Shown here: positions 13,006 through 30,599 of the stretch, piece by piece
Numbering within the stretch: position 1 is the first letter of the stretch
Layout of the letters: each line of letters begins with the position of its first letter
DNA from: Octopus sinensis
Taxonomy: Eukaryota
Assembly: GCF_006345805.1 (NCBI RefSeq)
Contig: NW_021835953.1
Coordinates: 1 to 64,000, forward strand
DNA length: 64,000 nt
Reading direction: 5' to 3'
The notes under the pieces: model-generated
What the model was told of the DNA's origin: nothing
Databases searched by the model: none
What the model saw: only the letters and a program-made list of their open reading frames with translations
Made by a program: the position numbers and the translations under genes

Positions 13006-14335
13006 GTCTTAGGAGAGAAAGTAATTTGGTGTGATGAAGGAACGGTGGTGTGGTGGGGGTGGGGAGTCGGGGGTTTGTGGGTGGGTTGTCAGCAATCGGG
13101 TGGCCGGGTGGGTCTGTAATTTTTGTAGTTTGCATAGATTTTGTGCATACAGTTTGGGGAGTGTTCCGAGATCTTGTTGAGGAGAGGGCCTTTGGCGAAT
13201 AAGATCTCCAAGCTCTCAGAAATGCAAAGGTCACAGCAAGTATGGCCTCCCGTGTAAGAACGCGCTCTCTGGAAGAGTCTCCACTTGATCTTGAAGGGGA
13301 TGGAGTTTCTTTTAAGGTGCCAGATATGGGCGGCGAGAGTAGTCTGGTTAGATTTGTCAGGTCACCGGAACGAATGTGTGTGGGCGTACCAGCGAGTCTT
13401 AAAACTATTTGAGGTCATTCCGATGTACGATTTACTTTTATCATCGGGGCCTGATCGTACATCGCATATGTAGACGAGATCTTTCTGTAGGCAGTTGTTG
13501 TTGAGGGGGCAAGTAGTCTTATCAGGGCTGTTGAAATTGCAGTTGCTGTCGGATGCTGGATGGGCTTCGGAAAAAGTAGATTTATTAAGTTTTTTGACGT
13601 TATTGTTGGCTAGGTTCCTAGCTAGATTGGGTGTGGTGGAGTAGGAGAGTCTAATGGTGTTCTTATTAAGGATTGTATAGTACTTATGTTGGGTGGGGAA
13701 GTGTTTTTGTAAGAGAGTGAAGAAAATTTTAGCTACAGGTGTTGAAACTTCACGGTTGAAGAGGGGTTGTACCAGCTAATGTGTCTTCGCCTATTATTCT
13801 TGGGTGGGCGTGGGGCTATGCTAATGTAGGTGATCTTATCTCTAAAGCCACTGCGGGCCAGGGCCTCGTTGTAATAGGGGGCTGCGGCATTAAAGATATC
13901 CTCGGTGGCAGAGAGGCTAGATATCCTAATGGAGACACTTTTCACTAGGTTGTCTAATATATTTTTGGGGTGGTTAGAATTAATGTCTATGTATCTAAGG
14001 GATTCATTAGGTTTATGGTACGGGTAATAAAGGGAGGTTTCTAAATCGATGGTAACGTCAAGGAAGTTAGCTTTGGTTAAGTTCGAATCTAAGGTAATCC
14101 TAAGGCCTAAGTTTTAAAAAAAAGTGTAAAGGTTTTTCCGGAACCTATCCGTGGTTCCTGGGGTCTATTTTGTGGAGGGCAAAAAGGCCATCATCGCGGT
14201 AGAGACCACCGGAGAGGCCTGTGAATAGGGTCTTCAACCTATGGAGGATGAATAGGCCCACAAGGTTACTTATTTCAGCCGAGTCGCTAGCCCCCATGCT
14301 GACGTCGAAGGGGGTCTCGGATTTTTTGTTGATCC

Positions 14336-15072
14336 AGTGGGATCCGTCATGGTAAAGAAAGGTCTTACGTGCATGGAGGATCACATCCTGCTCGGCTTCG
14401 GTGATGGTGGAGAAGGTCCTAGCGAAGTTAATCGCGTCAATCAGCAGGCTCTCCGATATAGAGGCGTAATATTCCTCGATATCTAATTGTAGGAAGCGGG
14501 TGTTGCTCTTGTCAGATAAATCCCGGAACCAAGTTATTGCTTCGGAAGTCCTATTCCAGAGTGGAAGGGGTGAGGCTTCACGTATTTTAGGTAAAATCCT
14601 GTCCAGGATCTTCTTGCTGACGGATCCAATGTCAGACTTGGTTGGGTTAATCAGTCGGACCGATGGTTTATTGTCGAAATTGTTTTTATGGTTTTTTTGT
14701 TTTTGTTTTTGAAAGACCACAAAAACAATTTCGACAATAAACCATCGGTCCGACTGATTAACCCAACCAAGTCTGACATTGGATCCGTCAGCAAGAAGAT
14801 CCTGGACAGGATTTTACCTAAAATACATGAAGCCTCACCCCCTTCCACTCTGGAATAGGACTTCCGAGGCAATAACTTGGTTCCGGGATTTATCTGACAA
14901 GAGCAACACCCGCTTCCTACAATTAGATATCGAGGAATATTACGCCTCTATATCGGAGAGCCTGCTGATTGACGCGATTAACTTCGCTAGGACTTTCTCC
15001 ACCATCACCGAAGCCGAGCAGGATGTGATCCTCCATGCACGTAAGACCTTTCTTTACCATGACGGATCCCAC
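14336..15072. repeat. Fold-back inverted duplication (~355-bp arms, ~20-nt spacer) at the PLE 5' truncation point
   Basis: ~14716-15072 is the near-perfect reverse complement of ~14336-14694; the same peptide appears in ORFs 14145..14720(-) and 14779..15075(+). Confidence 0.92.
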
Positions 15073-19786
<4,714 letters not shown>

Positions 19787-19875
19787 GTATATATATGTAT
19801 ACATATATATAGATATATATAAATCTCTATACATAACCTAAAGTATACTAGCCATCGTTCAGAGATTTATTATGC

Positions 19876-20669
<794 letters not shown>

Positions 20670-20948
20670 TGATTGATTGATTTTAGTTTCAGCTCATGAG
20701 CTGTGGCCATGCTGGGGCACCGCCATTTGGTGTTGCTACATGGTTTTACTTCACGAAAGCTTTTTAGCGACTGCCATTTCGTGCATGACGGAGTTCGATG
20801 CAGCTGCCCTCATCTGCACCTCCTGCCGTGAAGTTGGTTCATCTGGGACACCTGACAGGAGGAGATCCAGTTTCATTTTAAAGACATCTGCATCCACCCC
20901 ATGCAGGTCTCTTAGGTTCTTCGGGAGGATATTGAAGAGCTGTGGGCC

Positions 20949-23700
20949 TCAGCAGCCCAGGCTATCACAGTATCTTGTCCTACATCTTGATGGCAAATTT
21001 GGAGTCCTAGGCACCACGCAGTGGCGCCCAGTTCTGGCATTTGTGTAACTCTCGATGCCAAAGTTCGGGGCACGTCCCTCCAGGATCTTCCAGATGTATA
21101 TTATGGCATATCTTTCCCGCCTACGCTCCAAGGAATATAGTTTTAATCTCTTGAGTCTTTCCCAGTAGCTTACATTCTGCATAGAGGCTGTCTTCGTGTA
21201 GCTACGTTGGATCGCCTCGAGTTCTGTGATCAACTTGACACTGGATGGTGACCATAACTGAGAGCAATAGTCAAAGTGGCTTAGGACAAGTGTCTTCCAG
21301 AGGACCATCATGATTTATTGTTCTCTTGTTCTGAGAATCCATCCGGCCAGTCGTCTACATTTCATTGCCAAATTAGCAACATGTACACGAAAGGTTGCGT
21401 CATCACTCATGTAAATACCCAGGTCACGCACTGATTGTGCCTCTGGGATTGCTATTCCTCCGGGTCCAGTGTATTCATTGGGTATTGCATTTAGTTTGCA
21501 TGCTGATAGTATAAAGCTTGAAACTTTTCAGCATTGAACTGCATGCTATTCTTTTCAGCCCACTTGTATATTTTGTCCAGCTCACATTGCAGGCGTTTAG
21601 TGACCTCAGGATTCTGTATTGCCTGTGAAACTTTTGTATCATCTGCATAACTTGTGATCGTGGCTCTCTGCGTGGCTGAGGGCATGTCTGAGAGGGCCAT
21701 TATGAACAGTAGTGGTCCCAAAACAGTGCCCTGCGGAACACCGCTCACTATTTGCGTGTTAATGGAAGTGGCCCCATTGGCTACTACCACCTGACTTCTA
21801 TCTTTCAGAAAGTCATGAAGCCATTCTCCCAGTTTTCCAACTATGTTGAGATCACGCAGTTTGTGACATATCATTCCATGATCGACTTTATCAAAGGCCT
21901 TTGCAAAGTCGAGATATATCACTTCCACATTTGAGTGGTTGAGCAGCCGTTTCAGCACCCAGTTATAGTGTTGTAGGAGCTGAGTTAAACAGCTTCTCCC
22001 TGGTCGGAAACCATGTTGGGTGTCGGGCAGCAAGTCATTTTCTTCAAGGAAGGTGATCAGTTTCTTTATGACTATTCGTTCCATGACCTTGCTGATGTGT
22101 GAGGTCAGAGAGATAGGTCTGTAGTTCTTGGCCTCCGCTCTGCTACCTCCTTTGTGAATGGGGCATATTTTACCTTCCTTCAGTTTTCTTGGAAGTTTGC
22201 CAGCTGCAAGGAAGCTCTGAAAGAGGAACTGCAGTGGTCTTGCTAGGACTCTCTTACTTACTTTTAGGAGGATTGCCGGGAATCCATCGGGGCCAGTAGC
22301 TGAGTCTGTTTTCATTTCATCTATAGCCTTTATTACAGCGTCTTCCTTTATATCGATGTAATCTATCGTCGCCGCCTCTGATTTTATATCTGCTGTGGTA
22401 AAGAAGTCCGTTGGATTGGTGATTTGGAGATGCCCAAGGGGTGGAGTGAAAACACTCTTGAATTGCTCATTCAGTATTTCACTTACCCTCATTGGTTTTC
22501 CTGCAAGTGTGCCATCCTTTTCAAGGAGTGGCCCTATCCTACAGTGCGCCGTAGCTGTTTCTTTGGCATACCTGTAGAAAGCTCTGGGGTTAGATTTTTA
22601 TGTTGCCTATAGCCCAGACTTCTTTGTCTGCTCTTTCCTTTTCATGGGAGAGTTGCAGACATTTTTCAATTTCCAACAGTTTTATTCTCAGGCGGGACTT
22701 TTCACTGCTTTCAATCTGTTTGTTTAGGCGATTTGAAATTTTTGTACGCCGCCTCATTAAAATTTTCCTCTCTCTGGGGATTTTGTTCTTGTGTACAGTG
22801 GCTTTTCTCTCTGGGACACATTTGTAGCATATGGCTTGCATTACAGACATGAATTGTTGGAGTTTCACGTCGATGTCTGGCGAGGAGAGACATTTAGGCC
22901 AGTTTTGTTTGAGGATCTCTTTCTCAATTTGTTTCCAGTTTGCCTTATGGTAGTTCAAGCTGGAAAGATTCTGAGGGTTTCTTGTAGGCTGTATGTCCGT
23001 GCTCTCTTTTGGCCGAGAGTAGTGTCGGTGTCACTTTCACATTATGGATGAGATCCATATTATTTGTGAAGCAGAGATCCAGTGTGTTACCTGCCCTGGT
23101 TGGTTGGAGTATTACTTGCTCCATGTACAGGGTATTGATGAGGTTCAGGAGGGACCTCGCCTGTCCTCGTTCACATCTTGTCATTCCCGGGAGAGAAAGG
23201 CCCTCGGGCCATCTGACATTGGGTAGATTGAAGTCTCCCATAAGAAGTACACTTATGTGTTGTTCTAATGTGATTAGAACTTCTTCTATTTTTATAAGGC
23301 AGTCTTCAAACTTGTCTACATGGCTTGGGGCATCTGGAGGGCGATATGTAGCACACATAACTACATCAAGTTGCCTTATATGTACAATTAGTGTGTCACA
23401 CACCGAGTTTGAGTATGACAAAAGGACCTGGGGTGTGAGGTCCTCACGGATGTACATAGCAACTCCTCCTTTCTTTTCTGTCGGTCCGTAGTACAACATA
23501 CTGTGGTATGTGTAGTTCCGCATCTGCTATGTCCAGTTTCAGGTGCGTTTCCGTAAGTGCTATGCATAAGGCTTGATTGCATGCAACAAAGTCTCTCAAG
23601 AACGCGAGGTGGAGAAGTGAAGAGACAAGGGAAGATTGAATGGCTGAAAGAAGAGAGATGAGAAGGTGAGAGAGGAAAGATTTGCAGTCCTCTGATGTTC
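20949..23700 (-). pseudogene. LINE ORF2 (APE-RT), split across ORFs 22945..23523, 22590..22958, 21491..22492, 20949..21311
   Basis: Consecutive ORF2 domains in different frames. Confidence 0.9.
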
Positions 23701-24625
23701 AGTAGGAGCATCGAGGTGAGGTGTATGTTGTTCCCGGCGGTGTCCATCTTGGGTCTGTTTGCTGTGGTGGTCTTGTATATTGTGGGTAGTCCCACCTGCG
23801 AGCTAGGGTTTGATGAAGCCAGGTCAGCTGCTGTACAATCTTTTGTGCCATGCACAAAAAAGATTCTTGCTCAGCAGCTGCCCTTTCAACAACATCATGT
23901 TGGCGGTTTGTGGTACGCACCACATCTGCGTACCTCCGTTTTGGGGCATGTGGTGCGTGGTCCATCCCTTTTCCTTGTGTTGATGGTTTGTTTATCTGTT
24001 TCGTGTCTCTGCGGCAGGGTCCCCGATGTGCAAAGCGGCAGCCTGCACCTTCCTCTCCATGCCAGCAGGTACTTCTCAGGTAGAACCTACACACCCGTGT
24101 GCGCTGTTTGTTTCCATCCTTTGCGGTTCCACTTCTATTCCTGGCTGTTTCACCCTTTGGTCCTGCTTGAGCTTTTCCTTTAGCTCTTTCAGTCCTTCTT
24201 TTAGTTCTTCCTCCCCCTACTTCTTCCCTGGGTTCTCCATCTCCATGGCCCTTGCTGCCAGTAGGAGCACTTGCACTTGGGTTCACTTCCCGGGCAGGTT
24301 TCTCACTCAAAACCCCTTCACGGGTGTCCACCAGGTGGGGGTGACTTCTTTCATCGTCTCCATCCTTGCCATCCTTGCCCTGCTCGTTCTCAAAGATGGC
24401 ATCAAGTGTGCCAATGTGCGACCGTACAAGCGCATAGGAGCGTATGAATTCCTGTTTCTTTCGCTCTATCTGCGCTATCGTCCTTTTGTGGTTGCCGCTC
24501 TTCAGCGCAGCCGTGATCACATTGTTAGGGTTATCTCCGTTGGCGCATTTCCAGGCTCGTACGAATAACGCCAGTTCGTCAGGTCTCCAGGCTCTGGATA
24601 TGTTGGATAATCTATCTAATTATGT
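23699..24625 (-). pseudogene. LINE ORF1 (5'-truncated) with CCCH zinc finger
   Basis: CRFYLRSTCWHGEEGAGCRFAH (C-x7-C-x8-C-x3-H) in ORF 23699..24520; the frame stays open to ~24625. Confidence 0.75.
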
Positions 24626-25252
24626 TCGAGAGAAGACAAGAAGATATATATTTATGCGACTATATATTTAGAGAAATTGAGAAGGTGAGAGAGGAAAGAT
24701 TGAGAGCTGAGGGAAGATAAGTAGATATATATTTATGCGGCTATATATTTAGAGAGATTGAGAAGGTGAGAGAGGAAAGATTGTGACAGAGCGAGGTGGA
24801 GAAGTGAAGAGACAAGGGAAGATTGAATGGCTGAAAGAAGAGAGATGAGAAGGTGAGAGAGGAAAGATTGTGACAGAGAGAAGTGGAGAAGTGAAGAGAC
24901 AAGGGAAGAGAAGAGACAAGGGAAGATTGAATGGCTGAAAGAGGAGAGATGGTGTGATAGAGAGAAGTAAAGAGACAGAGGGAGAAAGAGAGATACAAAT
25001 GAAAGATTAAGAAAATGAGAGATTATTAACAGGAAAGCTGGTTGTTATTAGAGTTTGCGTCTATGCATATATACATATACATATCAACGTGCACACACAA
25101 ACACACATATGCACAAACGGAGAGAGAGGGAAGCTGGAAGAAAATAAAGTGAGGATAAATATTAAAATATATTAAAGAAAATGAGAGATTATTAACAGGA
25201 AAGCTGATTGTTATATATATGTATATATATGTATATAGATATATATATTATA

Positions 25253-25338
<86 letters not shown>

Positions 25339-25339
25339 C

Positions 25340-27017
25340 AGACACACATATACATGAGGAGGTCGTGCCTACTACTTCCTGATTCATTAGAAGTTTCCTT
25401 TTAACTGTTGGTAGTGTCACATTTTCATCGTCGTTTGAACAAAGCGGACGCTGAATTTTTCTCAGATAGAAAGACTTCAACCCGAATCAAAACCTAATAT
25501 TCGAATTTGGTAAATAATTTTCTTTTGATATATATTTGTTTAACACACAAATTACTAATACATTTACCGCGTTAAATATTCATTACAACTATTTCAAACG
25601 TAAATATACTGTTTCATAGAAATTTGTTTTTTTTTTTCATACACAACATTTTAAATATTTTATGGTGTTATATTATAAGTAAAGAAACACTTCATTTCCA
25701 GAATATAATATAAAGTATAATTTGGTTGTATCTTTGTAAAATCTATTTGATGGAAATTAACAGTCTGGAAATGTTCATCTAATGATACAATATTTTAGGT
25801 AGTTAGCACTGGATTTCTAACGCTCGAGTGAAATTTAAAACATTGATTTTTGATAACTTCATTTTTTCAAAGCTTAGTGAGCGAGAATTTTACCATCCAC
25901 GCAGACGGCGCAGGGATTTCAACTCAAAAAATATAGGACCACATTAAATACTGCAAGGCATCGCGTCCAATATCTAATTCCAGAGGACCACCACTTCAGA
26001 CTGGTATTTTGTTTTACCAACAATTTCAATTTTAAAATTTGAATAATTATAAACAGTAATATGAATCAACAATGGAGTCTCTAAAATTCAGCGCGAGGTA
26101 AACATATTAGATAATAAAGAATATGGGGAGGTCATGGTTAGAACGCCTTTGGCCATAGTGTTACTGGATAAGAATTAACTTATGTTAAACACACAATTAA
26201 GTTTTAAAAGGTTATAGTTTTATAGATTACATTTAAGTATTATATTTGAGAAAAATAATCTATCGTAATTTGTTAAATTTCGAAATATTATTGATGAATT
26301 CTGTGGATTTGTTCAGCGAATTGAAAGAGAAATGGAAATAATTATGTAGAAGTGTAGATTGTAGATGAGAAAGAAAGACATGAATAATAATTGAAGGGTG
26401 AGTGTGACGTTTGTAGATGGATATAAATTAACAGACTAAATGGTGGTGGCAGTCGAGAGATTCCAAGCTATATAATATGTGAGCTAGATGTTTTAATCAT
26501 TGAAGCGTGGCCATCCAGGAGCATTATCTTGGTATGTTCGATCGATCATATGAACCCCAGTATTTCTCTCGTGTATCTATTTGTGGAACTACTATATTCG
26601 GAAATGTAGCAGGTTTATCAGGTACTAACACATTTACAGCATGCTTCAATGATGGATTTTCTAAACATACATACATACATACATACACCAAGCTTGCTTG
26701 GTGAGGAGGGTGTTTATTGGACACCCTGCGGGATGAAAAACAAAACCCGTTAAAGGGCGGAGGAACTCTTGAGAATCAACAGCCATCCAATAAATGTGAA
26801 ATTATATATATACTGTATATCTGCCGTTTTCTCACTAATTTTTATATATAGTATATTTTTATAGCTTGCTCATTATATAAATGTTTATATACTTCATATA
26901 CATACATACATACATACATACATACATACATACAAACATATATACATACAAACATACATACATACAAACATACATACATACAAACATACATGCATACATA
27001 CATACATACATACAAAC

Positions 27018-27065
<48 letters not shown>

Positions 27066-27990
27066 GGGCGTGTAAGGAAAGTATAAGATAGAGAATTCAA
27101 AAATAATTTTCAGTCTTTGAGACTGTAGGCGTAGGAGTGGCTGAGTGGTAAGTAGCTTGCTTACCAACCACCTGGTTTCGAGATCAGTCCCACTGTGTGG
27201 CAGCTTGGGCAAGTGTTTTCTACTATAGCCTCGGGCCAAACATGTACCTATTTTCAACGGGGCTTCCTTCAGTTTCCGTCTACGAGATCCACTCACAAGG
27301 CTTTGATCGGCGGAAGCTATTGTAGAAGTCACTCACCCAAGGTGCCACGCAGTGGGACTGAACCCGGAACCATGTGCTTGGTACGCAAGCTACTTACCAC
27401 ACCACCCAACCCGCCTATATTTCGAGAGTTATCTCCGCTTACTTGCAATCGAATTTAAATCCGGCAACATAAAATTTGAAATTAATTGGGACCCCAGATA
27501 CGTTGCTACTCTTTAAAACTAAACTGAGGTAAGGCATTTTAATTTCATTTGGGGCCATTTAACGCTTGAACGAACATCCTTTCATCTTAAACTCTGTCTG
27601 TGTGTCTATAAATTAATGATACGATATTAATTATCGTAAGTGTGCGTGATCCAATTATGAGATCAGGAAATTAATGTTTTTGTTTTTCGTTATGAAACTT
27701 ACAAGGGCGTGGCCGCTTTGTGGCGGGAAACAGAGATGGCGGTAACACAGAGTAGGGTCTCTGTTAAGTCAGCCTGAAATGGTAGGGTTTTGTGTATATG
27801 TTTTAACAAGGGTGGATTTCTCCGCTATGGAAACTGGATACCATTTATTTAAGAAGAGTGGTCCTTGTGCGCGCCCTCGCTTACTTGCGCAACCGCACTA
27901 GATAGTCGTGACTAGTCGATCCTACAACGACTACCTAGCAAAGTAAATGAAACACAAAAACACAAAGTAAGGATCGACTAGTCACGACTA
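25340..27990. repeat. Segmental duplication, copy 3
   Basis: Collinear with ~1385-4480; diverges after the hairpin ending at 27990. Confidence 0.9.
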
Positions 27991-28087
27991 GCTAGCTCGG
28001 ATGCGCTATTACGCGATTGCGTGCACCGGGACCACTCGTCTTAGGTAGTACCCTGTAAATTATTGTGTGTCTATAAATTAAAACTGA

Positions 28088-28131
<44 letters not shown>

Positions 28132-29197
28132 GTGATAAAGTCTAGTTTCATGTATATAGCGTCTGTAACTGTAACTCCCCCCCACTCCTTTTGCTGTTTT
28201 AGCTTTCTTTCTGACCTGTCCATAAATTATCTTTACAACTTCCACACTTCCGAACTTCAAATTGTAGACCCAGTGTTTATTTCAATGCCTCGCTTTCTCC
28301 ATTTCCTCCCTCTCTTATTCTTCTATTAGCCTATGTTATTAAGTCTGCTATGCGCATGTATGTATGTGTGTGTATAATATATACGAGCGGTCCTCTGGCC
28401 TTTGTATCGGTGTGTGGTGTACACAAATGTATTCATAAAAAATCTTTCGTAATGCTTATGTATTAAGATCTTAATTAAATGTTACAAGTCGATACTCTTC
28501 ACAAGAAATAGTTTTAAATTCCAATCTTAAGTACACACACTCACATAGACACACACACACACAAATTTACAGAAATTTACAGACGAAGACAGGTGAGGGT
28601 ACAACAAGAAGGTGTATTCGTTTGACGCTCGGGAAAAAATGAGGAAGTCTTTGATGTTTAGAACCTACGCTCTTCGACAGAAAGGATTGAGGGGGAAAAT
28701 GGAGAGGGAACGAAAATAAAGGAGAGAGAAATGTGTAGGAATTAACGGTTGAACATGATGAAATTTCTGGAAGAAAGAGTCTGAGATAAAGGGGGCAAAT
28801 AACGCTGCCCCTGCTGAACTAGGTTCCGTAAGGGCGAGTGTGCATTTAAGAAGGGTGTGTGGGTGTGCATGTTTAAATGGGGACGAGTGTGTGTGAATGT
28901 ATGTGTGGGGGAGCTTAAAATTATGTGGGCCTGAGTGTGCGTAAGGGAGCGTATGTGTGTGCGTATATGTAGAAGTGTCCTAATGTGGGCATTGTGTAGA
29001 ATGGTGTTTCGTGTATTTGTGTGTGTGTGCGCGTATGGGCATGTGTGTGAAGCTGCATATTGCATGTGTTTGTGTGCGTGTATGCAAACGGCTGTGTGTA
29101 GAAGTCGTTGTGTGCATGATGGTGTGTGGTTTGGGCAGTGCGCTGAACAGTGTGCAGGGGTGTTCTGATAGTGGTGTGGTGGTGATGTTACTGGTGA

Positions 29198-29241
<44 letters not shown>

Positions 29242-29589
29242 GCCAGGCTGTCTGGTGCCGAATTGGCTCCGCTGCCCATAAAATTTTCTCCCTTCCTCCC
29301 CTGCTCTCCTATTTCTTCTGTTCTAAACATTTTTACTAAATCATCTTCGCATCATCTGACGCGATGATGTCCTTCACTTCAGTTCTATTCCAGATTTCCT
29401 CATTCCAGGTGTGATCTCTTAGCCAGATTCCCAACATCAGCGTTACAATGGATATCTGCACTGTAAAAAGATGTTCCCTCTTCTTCAAGGCTCAAGTCTA
29501 ACATGTGTATAGCACTGCAGGAAAGACTGTACTGTTGAAGAGATTGGTGACAATTGCCTTGTCTAAGTTCTAACTTTCGCTGACAACAT

Positions 29590-29875
29590 AACGCTGACAG
29601 TGGAGAGCACCTATCACCTGTAGACCATTGCTGGACGAACTGGATTCCAGAGGTTCGGCACTCGGCTTGAAGATCAACCGTATCAAAACCAAGATCATAT
29701 GGTCTGAAGGCGTATCAATCGGTCAGCTAGCAGTCGGAGGTGACGAAATAGAAGGGTGGACAGCTATGTCTATCTCGGTCAATGAGTTACTTGAGGCGAA
29801 AGATGGAGAATGATATGTTGCGAAGGTTAAGAGCAGGACGGAGAGCATTCATCTCACTGAAGGAAGTGCTGAAGG
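29590..29875 (+). mobile_element. RTE-clade LINE RT C-terminal fragment
   Basis: LDELDSRGSALGLKINRIKTK and RRLRAGRRAFISLKEVL, frameshifted. Confidence 0.7.
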
Positions 29876-29976
<101 letters not shown>

Positions 29977-30599
29977 TCATGTAATCACATGATCGACTCT
30001 ACTGCCAGATGTTACACATTACTGGTCACAATGTGCTTTGCATCGTTTTACGTTTTGAATGATGCCACTCCACTGATTAGGAAAGCAGGCGAACATTCGG
30101 AAGTCTTGGGAAAGGAAGGGCATTGCAAGAATCAACAAACCCACGATCTAGCTAATGTGAGGGTAACACCCGAATCACTATGCCATACAGCTACTCACAC
30201 ATGCACACGAGTATACACATACATAGACTTATATATGTACGTATATGCATATAAAGCAATCATTTTACACCTTTTCTCCATACTAGCATGGGTTGTATGA
30301 GTATATTATTGATCCATTCTCTTTGGATATGGATCCCCTTCATGTTATTAACCCTTACCTGTTGTTCAAGGGATCACTTATTCCAATGGTTTGTCTATTA
30401 ACAGGGAAAATGATAATCTAATCGTTCATAGCTGAGCAATTTTTAGTAAAAGCAAATGGAAACATACACACACACACACTCTAGCAGGTGTGTGCATATA
30501 TATATGCATACGTACACTCACACAAACACTTCATTTTGGCAGATGTTTCACTGGTCCTCAGATTTTGTCCAGCGTTGTACGATGTGCTTCTCTAAGATT

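Larger units (their letters stand above)
11345..14720 (-). mobile_element. 5'-truncated Penelope-like retroelement (RT + C-terminal GIY-YIG endonuclease, microsatellite-filled 3' UTR with hammerhead)
   Basis: RT motifs [47 protein letters not shown] (14145-14720). EN region ~13090-13740: CNFNSPDKTTCPLNNNC, LVYICDV, SYIGMT, FKTRWYAH, CDLC, CMH. Frameshifts and one internal TGA. Confidence 0.92.
20667..24625 (-). mobile_element. CR1/Jockey-group LINE, 5'-truncated in ORF1, frameshifted ORF2
   Basis: APE endonuclease (LLNIRGL, TETHL, GGVAMY, MGDFNLP, GNTLDLCF). RT (NYRPISLTS, QHGFRPGRSC, YLDFAKAFD, GVPQGTVLGPLLF, YADDTK). C-terminus LERRRER. 3' hairpin and (AATC)n tail. Confidence 0.93.

Noticed and set aside
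10996-13119. Many long ORFs of [16 protein letters not shown] type (also at 17-20, 40, 45, 48 and 54 kb)
   Set aside because: Translations of di- and tetranucleotide microsatellites; no coding signal.
13362-13364. In-frame TGA in the PLE GIY-YIG domain as a possible selenocysteine codon (reported for some PLE clades)
   Set aside because: It aligns with Tyr in the related element at ~7.2 kb, not with a conserved Cys, and the copy has other frameshifts. It would need a family consensus and SECIS search to revive.
28640-28690. Possible minus-strand hammerhead remnant (TCTGTCGAAGAGCGTAGGTTCTAAAC)
   Set aside because: Core and GAAA are both disrupted; cannot be supported.
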